Below are positions 50,240 to 63,725 of a DNA stretch of 64,000 nucleotides, in pieces; within the stretch, counting starts at the first letter, position 1, and every line of letters starts with the position of its first letter. The DNA comes from Hemiscyllium ocellatum (taxonomy: Eukaryota), in NCBI RefSeq assembly GCF_020745735.1, contig NC_083425.1, positions 29,437,575-29,501,574 on the forward strand. Direction: 5' to 3'. The position numbers and the translations under genes were made by a program. The notes beneath the pieces were generated by a model, which was not told the DNA's origin, did not search any database, and worked only from the letters and a program-made list of their open reading frames with translations.

Positions 50240-51127
50240 GATGACACCAGTGTTGGAGGTGTAGTGGACAGTGAATAAGATAATCTCAGCGTACAACGGA
50301 ATCTTGATCAGATGGCTCAATGGGCTGAGGAGTGGCAGATGGAGTTTAATTTAGATAAATGTAAAGTGCTGCATTTGGAAAGGCAAATCAGGGCAGGACT
50401 TATACACAATGGTAAGGTCCTCAGATGTGTTGTTGAACAAAGAGACCTTGGATTTTAGGTTCATAGTTCCTTGAAAATTGAGTCACAGATAGATAGAATA
50501 GTGAAGAAAGTGTTTGGTATATATTCCTTTATGAGTGAGAGCATTGAGAATAAGAATTGGGAGGTCATGTTGTGGCTGTACAAGATTTTGGTTAGGCCAC
50601 TTTTGGAATAATATGTGCAATTCTGGTCTTCCTCCTACAAGAAGGATGTTGTGGAATTTGCAAGGGTTCAGAAAAGATTTTCAAGGATGTTGCCAAGTTT
50701 GGAATGTTTGAGCTATAGGGAGAGTTTGAACAGGCTGGGGCTGCTTTCCCTGGAGCGTCGGAAACTGAGGGGTGACCTTATAGAGGTTTACAAAATCATG
50801 AGGGACATGGCTAGGATAAATAGACAAGGCCTTTTCCCTGGGTTGGAGGAGTCCACAACTAGAGGGCATAGATTTAGGGTGAGAGGGGAAAGACATAAAA
50901 GGAACCTAAGGTGCACACAAAGGGTGATGCATGTATGAAATGAGCTGCCAGAGGAAGTGGTGGAGGCATTTAAGAGGCATCTGGATGGGTATACGAATAA
51001 GAAGGGTTTGGAGGGATATGGGCTAAATTCTGGCAAATGGGACTGGATTAATTTGGGATAGCTGGTCAGCATGAGTGAGTTGGACTGAAGGGTCTGTTTC
51101 CGAGCTGTACAGCTCCATGACTCTATG
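50240..51127 (+). mobile_element. CR1 LINE 3' fragment
   Basis: ADDT.VGGVVD, WQMEFNLDKC; ORF 50615 'QFWS...RVQKRFSRMLP...LRGDLIEVYKIM'; tail ATGACTCTATGA. Confidence 0.92.
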
Positions 51128-51464
51128 AATGGGACTGCCTTTGACCTCTATGTGGCATTTGACCTGGTGTGGCATCAAAGAGCCCTAGTTAACTAAACTT
51201 AGTGGAGATTGGGAACAGGTTGGAAGAACTCTCCAATGTCCGAAGTAATACCCAACAAAAAGGAAGATGGTATAGTCACTCAAATCTGTGGAACATTGCT
51301 GAAAGAGTTCCTTGGGCTGGTGTTCCAAGTCTAACTATCTTCATCTATCTTCCCTCCAACATAAGGTCAGAAATGAGTATGTTTAATGATTATTATGCAA
51401 TGTTCAGATCCAACTACACTTCCTCAGAAAACAAAACAATCCAAGCATACAGGCATTAAGACCT

Positions 51465-51694
51465 GAGAAAGTGAGGACTGCAGATGTTGGAGATTACATT
51501 CGAGAGTATGGTGCTGGTAAAGCACAGCAAGTCAGACAGCATCTGAGGAGCAGGAGAATCGACATTTTGGGCATAAGCCCTTCATCAGGAATGAGGCCTC
51601 ATTCCTGATGAAGAGCTCATGACTGAAAGGTCAATTCTCCTGCTCCTCAGATGCTGCCTGACCTGCTGTGCTTCTCCAGCACCATACTCTCGAA
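51465..51694. mobile_element. Fold-back PLE-derived element, family A, zero-spacer centre GAGGCCTC
   Basis: CTTCATCAGGAATGAGG-CCTCATTCCTGATGAAG; both ribozyme cores mutated; weak TSD CATTAAGACCTG / CAATAAAATCTG. Confidence 0.9.
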
Positions 51695-53209
51695 CCAATA
51701 AAATCTGGGCAACATTTGAGCTTAGACAAAGAAAAGGCAAATAATATTAATTCCACTGAGTACATGAAATGAGTATATCCAACAAGACTGTTTATCCATT
51801 ACTCATTGACATTGAATTTAACCCCATTAGCATTTTGAGAGTTGCAATTCATCTGTGTACTATGGGTAAAATGTGTAGTATCTGTTGGAGTTTCCTTTTC
51901 TACAGCATTTCCTAAACCCAAATCTTCACCATCTAAGAGGACAATGGCAACATGAAAATATCCCTATTGAATAAGAGGCTGGTACTGAAAGGGTTAATGC
52001 TGAAGGCTGATTTATTCTCCATGCAATATCATTACATCGTAAGGGCTTGAGTGGGAACATGGATCACCTTGGGATCTTGAAGGAGGTTCTTGATTACGAG
52101 CATGTCTTGTTTAAGTCAAGAGCATATCCTCTCAGACTAACTAGTGCTGTTTCTTGATCATTGTAGGCCAAGTAAAAGGAGAATGGTGGCTGCAATCTAC
52201 CCAAATACATGTGTGAACAACCACCACCTCCCTGTTCACCCCAAAGTCACACACTGTCCTGACTTGGAACATTGTTGTTCCTTGTTTGTTGGTCTATAAA
52301 AACTCTGCAAAATTTTCGCTACATGATTGCAAGAGTGGCCACAAACACCTTCTCAAAGACAATGAACGCTGGGAATTAATTGTTGATTTCACAGCAACAT
52401 CCACATCTTAAGAATGAAATTTAAAGCAAAAATACACAGCAAGATAGAGAGAAAATAAAATATATAGAACTTCAAAAACAATAAAATTACTCATCAGTTC
52501 ATAGACATGTAATATTCTATTATTTAAATTGTGTCTCTTACAGTGTCTGATAATTCAGTGTACTTCAATACACTAGCCGTTAGCCATATGTGGCTGATTG
52601 AATTTTTGATTAGCAAATAAAAAATGAGAATTAGAAATGGTCTTTGAACAAGTGATGTCAATTTCCACATAACAGAGACCTGCATGTGTTGGTCACATGG
52701 TAAGTTGAAAAGTAGTGTGCAAATGTTTTTTTTTATTTCAGTATTTCTTCTTGGTTTAAATGGGATCCAGCAGGGATTTCAGTGCTGGGCTTATGCAAGA
52801 ACTATTATATGAACAGCAAAGGAATTACTGTAGTCCACGGACCACTAACATTACTCTGGCTGGCAGGAGAAAGCAAGCCCTAGCCATAACAAGCAGTCCA
52901 ACAAGGCATATTACACAAAGGAGAAGCAATATCATTCTGATAGGATAGCACGGACAGGTCAGGATTATTATTATTGAGAATGGACTCACGCAAAGTCATC
53001 TTTGCAGATGTTGGATAAAATCATAGAATCTGCACTAATATGTGTTGGCTGGGGTAAATTCATATCAGAATTCCAAACTTTGGTGAAATTGAAGTCTGTA
53101 AGGTTTCACACTAAATAGAAGTTAATCTTTGTTAAGTAAATATGAATTTTAAGTGCATTTGCCCGAATTGCATGTAAGGTGCTTTATAAAAAGCTTTGTG
53201 CATATGAAT

Positions 53210-54330
53210 ATAGAACATAGAACATAGAAAAGTACAGCACAGAACAAGCCCTTTGGCCCATGATGCTGTGCCAAGGATTAATCCAAATGTAAAATATAGC
53301 AACTTGAGCTACGCACCCCTCAACTCACTGCTATCCACATGCATGTCCAGCAGTCCCCAATCACTCTGCTTCCACCACCACAGCTGGCAATGCATTCCAT
53401 GCATTCACAACTCTCTGTGTAAAGAACCTACCTCTGATGTCTCCTTTATAACTTCCTCCTAAAATCTTCAAACTATGACTCCTTGTACCAGTCAATCCTG
53501 CCCTGGGGAAAAGTCTCTGGCTATTGACTCTATCTATTCCACTCATTATCTTGTATATCTTGATCAGGTCTCCTCTCTTCCTCCTTCTCTCCAGAGAGAA
53601 AAGTCTGAGCTTAGTCAACCTCTCTTCATAAGGCAAGCCCTCCAGTCCAGGCAGCATCCTGATAAACCTTCTTTGCACCCTCTCCAAAGCCTCTGTATCT
53701 TTCCGATAGTAGGGCGATCAGAACTGGTCATAATATTTGAAGTGTGGTCTCACCAGTGACCTGGAGAGCTGCAGCACACCCTCACGGCTCTTAAACTCAA
53801 TCCCCCTGTTAATGAAAGCCAAAACATCATATGCTTTCTTAACAACCCTATCTACTTGGGTGGCAACTTTGAGGGATCTATGTATTTTCACACTCAGATT
53901 CTTCTGTTCCTCCACACTGCCAAGAATCTTGTCTTTAATCCTATATTCAGCATTCAAGTTCGACTTTCCAAAATGCATCACTTCACATTTATCCAGGTTG
54001 AACTCCATCTGCCATTTCTCAGCCCAGCTCTGCATCCTGTCTATGTTGTGCTGCAGCCTGCAATAGTCCTCTATACAATCAACGACGCCTCCAACCTTTG
54101 TGGCATCTGCAAATTTACTAACCCACCCCTCAACCTCCTCATCCAAGTCATTTATAAAAACTACGAAGAGCAGAGGCCCAAGAACAGAGCCTGTGGGATT
54201 CCACTCAACACTGACCTCCAGGCAGAATACTTTCCATCTACAGGCACTCTCTGCCTTCTGTCAGCCAGCCAATTCTGAATCCAGATAGCCAAATCTCCCT
54301 ATTCCCTATGCTTCCTGACTTTATGAATGA
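53210..54330 (-). mobile_element. Relatively young CR1 LINE (RT to 3' end)
   Basis: ORFs 53718..54146(-) 'VSKFADATKVGGVV...WQMEFNLDKCEVMHFG' and 53361..53687(-); tail (TAGAACA)n at 53210. Confidence 0.93.
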
Positions 54331-55409
54331 AATTATGATGAATATAATGTTGACATACTTTGTGATTTGTATCGGTCAACACCAAGATAAGCAATAAACT
54401 TTTGTATTGAGTATGATATTGTGATACAGCTTCAGGCAGATCCTTATTTGGTCAGAGGGCTACCCATAATGACAGCTTTGTATTTATGATATTAATTATT
54501 TTGTGAACTTCGACTAAAGTGACAAGTTGAATGCTCATTAGACCCAAAGGTTTTGTGGAGTATTTCTTCTATTTCAGTTGAAAAGCTGAAATCTTAGCTT
54601 AAACCTCCATCGAATATTGCTACTAAGTTTCTCTACACTTCAAATGTATATGAAATCCAAGCACTGCATAGGCATGCTGGGGCAATACCATGTAATAACC
54701 TCCTGAGATTTGACTCTCAGTAGATAGCCATCAGCAACTTCAGAACCAACAGCCTAAATAATTGTCACGGATTCAGATGGCTACATTTGAGTGCTTTCTT
54801 TCTCCAACTGCAGTAGATACCGTATTGGATGCACGGAATAAAGATACTTAATAAACAAGGTATTTATGCAAGCAATGCAGGATTAAAATATGTTGACCTG
54901 TCCTTACAAAAAGTCATTCAGACAGGATAACCTTTAAGAGAGTTCTGAATACATTTCCCAACCACAGAGAACTGTTCCCCTGCAGAGAATAAATAAAAGA
55001 TCTCGACAGTAATGCAGACATTTTGCTTGGTGTCTCAAAGTCACTGACTACAATTTAATTTCAGGGTGAGAATTGCACTTTTGTTAGTGTGTTCCATTTT
55101 GACTGAGGGATTATACAAACTTCTTGAAGTGAAGCTTTCAGGTACTGATGAATCAGATTTAAATGAAAGCAAAGCATATATCGTGGCAAGAAGATGACAG
55201 TCAGATTAAGTCAAGGTTACTATAATTTTTTTTGCACTCCCAGCAGGAAACCTACTTTCCAGGGGGATGCAGCAAACTTTTGGGTATGATTGTTTGAACT
55301 ATCCATGTAAATGGTTGGAAGATCATTCACCATGCATACCCAAGACTTTAATATATGCTACTCATATAGATCCCTATCACTTCTTTCTTCTTTACTTTGT
55401 TCCTTAAAA

Positions 55410-55555
55410 TCAACTCTTGGATGAAGATTTTAGATACCTATCCTAACATTCTTTGTACTGATTGGTGTCAAATTTTGTTTGCTAATTGCTCCTGTGAAGT
55501 ATTGGGATATTTCACAATTTTAGGAGTGCTACACAAATGAAAGTTTCTATTGTTG
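55410..55555 (+). mobile_element. L2-type LINE 3' tail
   Basis: GGTGTCAAATTTTGTTTG...GCTCCTGTGAAG...GTGCTACACAAATGAAAGTT; related to the 20290 and 62250 copies. Confidence 0.6.
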
Positions 55556-57208
55556 TTAATATCTTAGTTCACCGTGATTACTACCCTTAATTCCATGACA
55601 TTGTCAGGAATCTAATATACTGATGCTTGGAATTAGGTGCGCTTGTTGAATCATCTGGTGGCATTCATTAAAAACTACTATTTTCAGCTTTACATTTAGC
55701 TACAGATGGCCATCAATTTAGGAACAAGGACTAAATAGGTGGTGGTTTTCGGGGCTTCAAATCAATTATCTTATTCCATAAGATCAGTCTGTTCTATATC
55801 ATAACCTGAAACTCTAGTCTTTGCTTAATATCCTTTTATATCCTTAAATATCCATTTCTCACAGGTTTGAAAAATATTAATTGAGTTGGTATCTACCCTT
55901 TTCATTCTTTTGTTATTTTCTCAGTCAGTATGACAAAATTTTGCCGAAGGATCAAAACTAACGCTATATGCACCGAGTGGGACATTCAGTTCCTCTGAGC
56001 ACAGTGCTGCTACTTTTATTGAAATAAAGTCAACCAACCTAAATGCTTAAAGTTTTTGAAGATGAGCTAAACTGCAGAAATCATGAATTAATCAAAAAGA
56101 ATCAATTCAGACAGTTAGAGGTTTGGAAACTAATTTAAATGCTGTTCCTAAATATGTGAAAGATTCAGGAGATGATAAATCCAGATAAGAATGTAATGTT
56201 CCTTTGTACTTGAAAAATACTTTTTGTGTAGTTTTAGTGGGACCTTTTATTCCAGGATTAATGAGATAAAAGCAGAGTGATTTAAACAATTAGATCTACA
56301 GGAGATATATGAAGAAGCTATAGTTACCAAGGTGAAGATTGCAAAGTCAACAGTAAGTTCATAAGTGTTGATTCTAAATAACAGATGGTTACCAGAATGG
56401 GTCTTGTACTCCATTAATCATGATCTCAAATAATTTCAGGACTTGGACCAAGTTTGTTGAATTGCTTATACCATCACCTAATCTAACCTAAAAGATTTCA
56501 TTCATCTTGACAGAATGTTGATAGCTTGCTGCTGAAGGTAGATTATTTCTTTTGTTTGCCATAATGAGGCTATTGTAAAGGATAGCTCATGGGGGGAGCA
56601 GGTAATTTGTTATCAATTGAAACTGGCTTCTTTCCAGCCACAGAACTCTATATTTTGTAAACTTCTTGTACCTCCAAGAAGTAAATGATGCTACATTGAG
56701 TTTGTATAAATATTGCAATGGCAATCTTATCCTTAAGCATGAGGAATCCTGATTTTTTTTTGTAAGACTATATATTAGAATGGCTTAAAAGATGACAAAT
56801 GACCAAGGACATCAGATCTTTGAAATGGCATCATCTCGATATTAACGTTCCAGGTAACCGGAAAGGGGCCAGGAGTGGAGGTATTTAAAAATTTAAATAT
56901 AGTGAATGTGTTCCCTAACACCTCTTTTATGAGAGATATCACAACATTTGAGTGTTGTGCTTGGGAATGGGGGACATCCATTAATATATGTAAACCTTGA
57001 GTGCAATTGGGAGCCCACTTAATAATTTATTGCTACAGCAAATATTTTCCAGTCATTACCACGAGAACCTGGTGTTTCCAGCTTCAGAGGTTACAGCTTC
57101 TCCAGTATCCTTGATTCCCTCTGTCCCTTTAGACTCCAACGCCCCAAAAGCAAGTCTTCCTCTCCCTATCTCACCAGCCTTAATGGTTGACCTTCCCATG
57201 TCTCGATT

Positions 57209-57522
57209 GATTAGATTAGATTCCCTACAGTGTGGAAACAGGACCTTGGGCACAACAACTCCACACCGATCCTCCAAAGAGTAACCCACCTAGACCCATT
57301 TCCCTCTGACTAATGCACCTAACACTATGGGCAATTTAACATGACCAATTCACCTCACCCGCACATCTTTGGACTGTCGGAGGAAGCCGGAGCACCCAGA
57401 GGAAACCCATGCAGACATGGGGAGAATGTACAAACTCCACACAGGCAGTCACCTGAGGCTGGAACTGAACCTAGGACCCAGGTGCTATGAGGCAGCAGTG
57501 CTAACCACTGAGCCACTGTGCT
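57209..57522 (-). mobile_element. HE1-type V-SINE
   Basis: (GATTA)n tail, reversed V-domain, GCAGTGCTAACCACTGAGCCAC head. Confidence 0.9.
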
Positions 57523-58914
57523 GGACTTCATTTTTGAAGCTTCCCAACAGCTGTGACTTCCTGACCATCAACTAGGGAATTGCTTCCACTGACACTGCTG
57601 CAGAAAAACAGAACAAAAAAATTTCAATAAGGTCCTGCTGTCTAAATCCAATAATTTTTGTTTGCCATCAAAATATTTCACAGCATTAAGGGCACGGCAC
57701 AAAATTAAAGTTGTTGTTGGTGAGGCTCCAAACACCCACAAATTGCTCCTAAATATTTACAAGTCAAACTTCTGATGTCACCCACCAGGTTTCTCTGTGG
57801 GGTATGACTGAACAAGTGTCTTCCCCATGTTGATGGGACATTCTTGAGTTATTTCCTTCGCACAGATTTAGCACTGTTGCACTGAATTGACAAGTAGCAT
57901 AGTTTCAATTTACTTGAAAATCTCAAAGAATGTTCCCTCCGAGATAAGAATTTATGGTCTAGCTGTTCAAAACCTGTTACATGATTTAGCCAAAGCACAG
58001 CATGATGCCAAATAGACATGGACTATTGTATATTATTACAAGGCAAGTTAGTGGCAGTCTAGATATTTGCATTCAATTCTGAAGTAGATTGTGAATATAA
58101 ACGACAAACCTCAGAGACAAAATGATGAAAGAGCAATAAATAATACTTTATAAAGATGTAGTATTACACAGAGTTTTTTTAAAGTATATATTACAATAAT
58201 AATTTATTGAAATGATCCATATACTGTAATCTATTTTTGTTACCAGTACTGAAGACTTTCAGCTTATGTTCTGTTATAGCTTCTTCTTCGTGATTCATTA
58301 CATTCTCTATCAGAGTGAAAGCTATTTCTCACTTTGTTAACTGCATTTTTAATTGTTGTAAGACTTGATGAACTCATTAATATGAGGATTACATTGCTCT
58401 ATAAGCACCAACAGCTAACAAAGGGAGGTGTGTATTGATTTGAATTTTGATGTTTGCATCAAAAAGTGGTACTGAAATCCATATTTCCTGTGAAATTTTG
58501 TGGAAATGGCACCAATTTATTGGAAACATGTAAAGCTGTGTGACTCAGAAAATTGCCTCAACCATAAATTATATAGATGCATTTGATGCCTTCACTATGA
58601 TAACCTCTCCTGGTAATTGATGTTGTCCATTGATTTCTTAGCCCCCAGCACTCAGAGAACTGCCATGAATTCACTCTAAATCCTTCAGCACTTCTCTGTC
58701 AAGAAGGTAAATCCAATAACTCCAGCTCACTCTGTAATAATTAAAGTCAATAGTGTCCAAATTTACATCTTGTAGAATTCTCCCACTGGAATTTGACCAG
58801 ACAGTTGGCTTTCATAGCAGGAGTTGTTGACATTACAACCAAACTCCAGGTAAGGTTTCCCAATTCACTACAGTTTTAGACAGGACACCTCGAATCATTA
58901 CATTCCTAGTTTAG

Positions 58915-59010
58915 AACAAAGGGTCACTGGACCTGAAATGTTAACTCTGTTTTCAGCCGACAGTTGCTGTCAGACCTGCTGAGTTTTTCCAGGAATTTCT
59001 GGTTCTGTTC
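58915..59010 (+). mobile_element. PLE pLTR fragment, family C, decayed hammerhead
   Basis: AGGGTCACTGGACCTGAAATGTTAACTCTG...CAGACCTGCTGAGTTTTTCCAG. Confidence 0.75.
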
Positions 59011-61424
59011 CTTTTTTACTCACCTGGCTCCTCCGTTGGCCTCAGTTGGGTTAATTTAGAAATGACCACCTCATCTGATCTTTCTCCCAGATCAAATTAA
59101 TTAATGTATTAAATGGAGCCAAGTTAACCAGGCTTTCATGAAATGGCAAAAAAGTGAGGTTCTTTGTGTGACATGAAATGACAACACAAAAATCATGCAC
59201 ACAGAGATTAGACATAAGAAGTGAGTCAAAGATAAACATAAAGGTTAAAAAAGTGGAGAGTATTGATATGGAATATTGATATGTGAACAGTCAATTTCAG
59301 AATTTTTGACATTGCTGATTAGTTGAAATGTTTTATTCCTCTTTCCTTTTGCCATTATTGGTTGGCAGCACACAGAGCAAGAGAGTTCTCCTATTATTTT
59401 TCCTTTCCACTGGCTTGCCAGCTAACTGGCTTCCAATATTCGAAGCAAAAGTTATTTTGCCTGCAATATAAGGGTGAGTAGGAGATGGTGTTTTAACAGT
59501 GACCTTCATAGCACACCTCCACTTGAATCCAAGCAGTAAACATGAGGACCTCAGCCCAGAAGTACAAATGAGTACCTTAGCTCGCCAACAAACCTGCTTC
59601 TCCTGGCACACACAGAGACCAGGGCTGAACTGGCTTTTAACACCTAACCTTGTGTGTTCTTGAGAGAAAAAGATACAAAAACTGTCTCTCACCTCGGCTG
59701 CTGTCTATTCTCCCATTATTTTCACAGGCTGTGATAACTCCCAATAAATTACAGTTTAATTTATTATGCAGTTCTCCCTTTTAAGTCCATCCCTTTGAAA
59801 CTTTCTTGACACCTTCCTTGACATTCCAGAATGTTTTTCTCCAGACAGCCACTGAATTCTCATCTGTAGTCAAAATTTTGTAATTAAAAGCTTAACATAT
59901 CCATTGCCGATCAGTGTTTGTTCTCTTTGATCATGATGCTGGTAAACATTCAAAGGTTGCCAATACTTTAGGAATTCAGTGATACTATTGTTTTTGAAAT
60001 AAGGCTTTTGCAGATAGCCAAACATCTCAAAATATTTTTTCTTACCACAATAGAGTTATAAAGCACAAAGCTGTTGTTATTTTAAGGCACATAATAACTT
60101 TACTAATCTTTCTTAAATAGTAATGTTCTGGAGGCCAATTAAAACTACAAATGATTGGCAGAGATTTATTCAAAGCAAAACACTTTCAAATTTTATATTT
60201 ACTTAATACACCAACATTTCATATTATATATTGCATACTTCTTAACAAAAGGCAGGATTGCTGGTGCTTTAGAAGTTTTAAATGTGGCTTTCACTGTGAT
60301 TGAATAGATTATGAGACTCCTAACACAATGTTCATTGACTAGAAATTCAATATGAACTATTTGACATTCATGAATTCCAATCAGAAATGAAAAACTAGGA
60401 TTTCATAACATGATTAATAGCTTTTACAAATTGAGTTGTGCGTCCATACAGATTTGGTTTCCATTGTGTGAGGTTATGGTTTGTGAATCCTTGTTAATTT
60501 GACAAATGGATTCATGAGTATCACTCTCACCTTGATGGACACACATTCATCGTACACAGAGGGCATAGATGATGGGCTATAAACTCACACACTGACAATT
60601 TGCACCTATTAAATGACATGCACTTATTTCAGTAGGTTTGAGTGTGTAAGGTGTCCTCGTGTGGACAAGACACAATGCACTAAATTTCTGACTAAGTTCC
60701 CATTAGGCGCCCACTCACCAAATCTATATTTATGGCAATCAATGTGTAGAAGCTACACTATGTTGTTCACTTGGGTGAGGGAAACACATTTCACAAAATT
60801 GTGCACTTTCAGTCCTTGATTTTCCATCTGTTGAATTTAATAGATGGAAATCATGGGCTGTTAGTTGCAGTTTTCTGACATGTGCCAGGAACAGTGCAGC
60901 AGAATATTTAAACTAACTCCGCCCCCCCCCCCCCCACCATTTCTCTGAAATGAACCTATTTGTACACATCCTTTGATTCCTTTTCCATTAATGGAAAAAT
61001 TACCCACTTGATTCATTTGTCACAGGTAGTAACAGCAATTTTGAGTGAAAACAAATCATTTGTTCTACCCACAAGCTATCTTTTACAATAGCCCCATTAT
61101 GCTGAGCACATGGAATAATCTGCTATTAAATTAGTTCTTTGGATAGGGCTCATTGGAGGTAGTTTGAGCTTCTTTAATTTAATGACAGAAAGCTACAGGT
61201 GCAAGCATGGAATTAAAGCTTATCATAATTAATTATTCAAACGTATCTGGTCTCCAGCATTTTACTACTCAGAAAGTTGATGGCAAACAAAATTCTGCTC
61301 TCAAAGTCCCAACTCATACCATGTTCCATTTACCTATCATGCTATGATCATTGAATCATGTTGGATTCTGATGAAGCAACGGCTTGATGTAAAATTTCCT
61401 ACCAATATTTACAAATCACATTGT

Positions 61425-62350
61425 AGTTTTACATCTCCCTATCTCCCTTAACCCCTGCAGCCCCTCAATTTTCTGAGATATCCATGTTCATTAAATTCTG
61501 GCTGTTTGAACATTCCTGATTATAGTTCTTGTACTATTGACAAGAACTATCCAAATATAAGTTCTGGAATTCCCTCCCTACAACTCTCCACCTCCCTTTC
61601 CATCTTAAGTCACTGCTTAAATCATGCCTCTTTAACCACGCTTTTAGTCATCAAGCCTAATATCTCCTTTCATGATGTGGAAATGGCAGTGTTGGACTGG
61701 GATGGACAAAGTTAAAAATGGCACGCGCACAAACACACACATATAAGTCTATGGGGTGAATTTGCATTTGCAAATTTGTATTCACAGATACATTCTATTT
61801 TATTCAAAAATGCACACAAACTGCAGGCAGTCAGTCCATATGACATTTTATAAATTCCCCTACTTTGGAAATAGAACCAGTCTGACTCAAGGTTGGGATA
61901 CAGACAGACTCTAATATTACACCTTTAATGCATTGTCTGAGCTAAGATATCACTTTTTTTTGTAAAATCTTAAGTGATCTCAGGACTGTGACTTGAAAGA
62001 AGTTCTAGGATTTACATATGAATCACTCTAAACCTGCATGTCCATTCTAAGAGATTAAAGACTTAACAGCAATCCAGGTTGGTTCAAAACCTCGCATCAG
62101 TTGTATGACACTTATACCTTTTACTACAAATTCTGTGTCCTAAGATCCTGCTGCACTAGTTACCTGATGATGGAGAAGTGCTCCGAAAGCTTATACTTCT
62201 AAATAAACCTTTTGGACTATTACCTGGTGTTGTGTGATTTTTAACTATCACCTTTTGTGGCACAGTGCTGTGCTTTATCTTATAATGTTCCGCTGAAGTG
62301 CATTGGCATGTTTCATTATTTTAAGGAGGTTTGTAAATATAAACTGTTTT
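61425..62350 (+). mobile_element. L2-type LINE 3' end split by a PLE insertion
   Basis: CTGGAATTCCCTCCCT (WNSLP), ...CCTAATATCTCCTTT | TGTGGC... continues after 62246. Confidence 0.65.
61675..62245 (+). mobile_element. PLE 3' fragment, family B, short 5' inverted segment, hammerhead core at 62161-62195
   Basis: 61675-61718 is the inverted tail; CTGATGA-T-GGAG-AAGTG-CTCC-GAAA-GC-TT with stem I damaged; imperfect TSD TATCTCCTTTCATG / TATCACCTTTTGTG. Confidence 0.85.
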
Positions 62351-63269
62351 TGATGTAATGAAGGCTGTATAGATCCACACAAAACATTAGAATTTCCCAA
62401 GACTATCAAAAACATCAAAGGCTGAGGTTTCCACCTGTCCAAATGACTCCAATAACATCCAACTCCACTTTTCCAGTATGGTCCAAATGTGTTATGCTGT
62501 GTAAGTAAGGTGCAGGTATTCCAGGATGTTTGCTCACTATTGAATTGAACTAGATTTATTAGCTCCCATGTACTCAAATGAACGCAGCGAAAAGTTTATA
62601 AGTCACCACTTACAGTGCCATCTTAGGTATAAAGTGCCTTGGTGCAATGCTTCGTTACAAAGTAGAGAAATTAAGAAATCAAAGGTTACGTTACAGCTAT
62701 ACAGAGTACAACCATAGTGCAGAAAAACAAGAAGTCAAGTTAAGAAGACAAACAGCACAATCTCCCTCCAAGGGCTCTCCGCAGCAGACCAGTACAAGGG
62801 GCCTGACTGCTGGTCTGACTGCTGGCTGCTGCCACATTCCAGACTGGGCCACTGGTCACTGGCATCCTCGCTTCATTGCCCCATTCAAGCTGCTAGATAC
62901 TGTATGTGTCACCTTCCCCGACAGTTCTCGTCCATTAATCAGCGTTTCATTTCCTGTTGCAGTATTCTTACCTTGTACTTGTATACAATAATCATTGTGT
63001 TGAAGCCAACACAAATGCTATCTAAAGTGCAATCACTGTACTGAGTTAGTGCTTTCTATTTCCTTGTATGCAGTATAAAAGCTATTCAGTCACACATTAT
63101 TAATTCATTAGGAGTTGGTGTTGATGTGTTATAAACAGTAAAACCAAATATGAAAAGGTGTGAAAAGTATTGAACATGGTATCTTCTAACTAAAATTCAA
63201 ATAAGTATTTGATAATCCTATCTTCTTATTGAAATTCATTCACCTCAACAGTCTTTTCTACTTTATAAC

Positions 63270-63725
63270 TATTGATGGATAAGTATAACTCTAACAACGC
63301 TCAAGAAACTCAGCATTCAGGATAAAGCAGTTCACTTGATTGACCACTGGCTCCTGCATACCAACCCTGCAGTGTCTAATACTTATTGGATGCACTGCAA
63401 AAATCCACTCACGCTTCTTCAACAGCAACTAGAAAAGACAAGGACTCCAGAATCTAAAAAGATGAGAACAAGGTTCAGGGGAATACCATCACCTCCAAGT
63501 GCCCCTCCAAACCACAGACTATCCTGACGTGGACATACACTGATGCTCCCTCATTGGTGCTAGGTGAATATTTTGGCTCTCCCTGCCTAATAGCACTGCG
63601 GCAAGACCTTCACCACACCGATTACTGAAGTTCACTGAGAAAGTACAAAACTCTCTTCACAAGGGACACCAGAGATGGGCAGTAAACACCATCCCCTGAG
63701 CCAACAATGCTGAAATCCTGAAGAT
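63270..63725 (+). mobile_element. CR1/L2-clade LINE, family B, 3' end
   Basis: TLKKL.IQDKA..LI, GATGCACTGCA, GGGAATACCATCACCTCCAAG, as in the 9600 copy. Confidence 0.75.

Larger units (their letters stand above)
50090..52420 (+). mobile_element. Decayed family B LINE hosting a CR1 and a PLE hairpin
   Basis: AFDLVWHQ (51155-51180), IRSEMSMFNDY; 3' end CCACATCTTAAGAATGAA. Confidence 0.6.

Noticed and set aside
60817-60855. Imperfect ~38-nt palindrome TTTCCATCTGTTGAATTTAATAGATGGAAA
   Set aside because: Short, AT-rich and mismatched; possibly the centre of an old MITE, but the ends cannot be defined.
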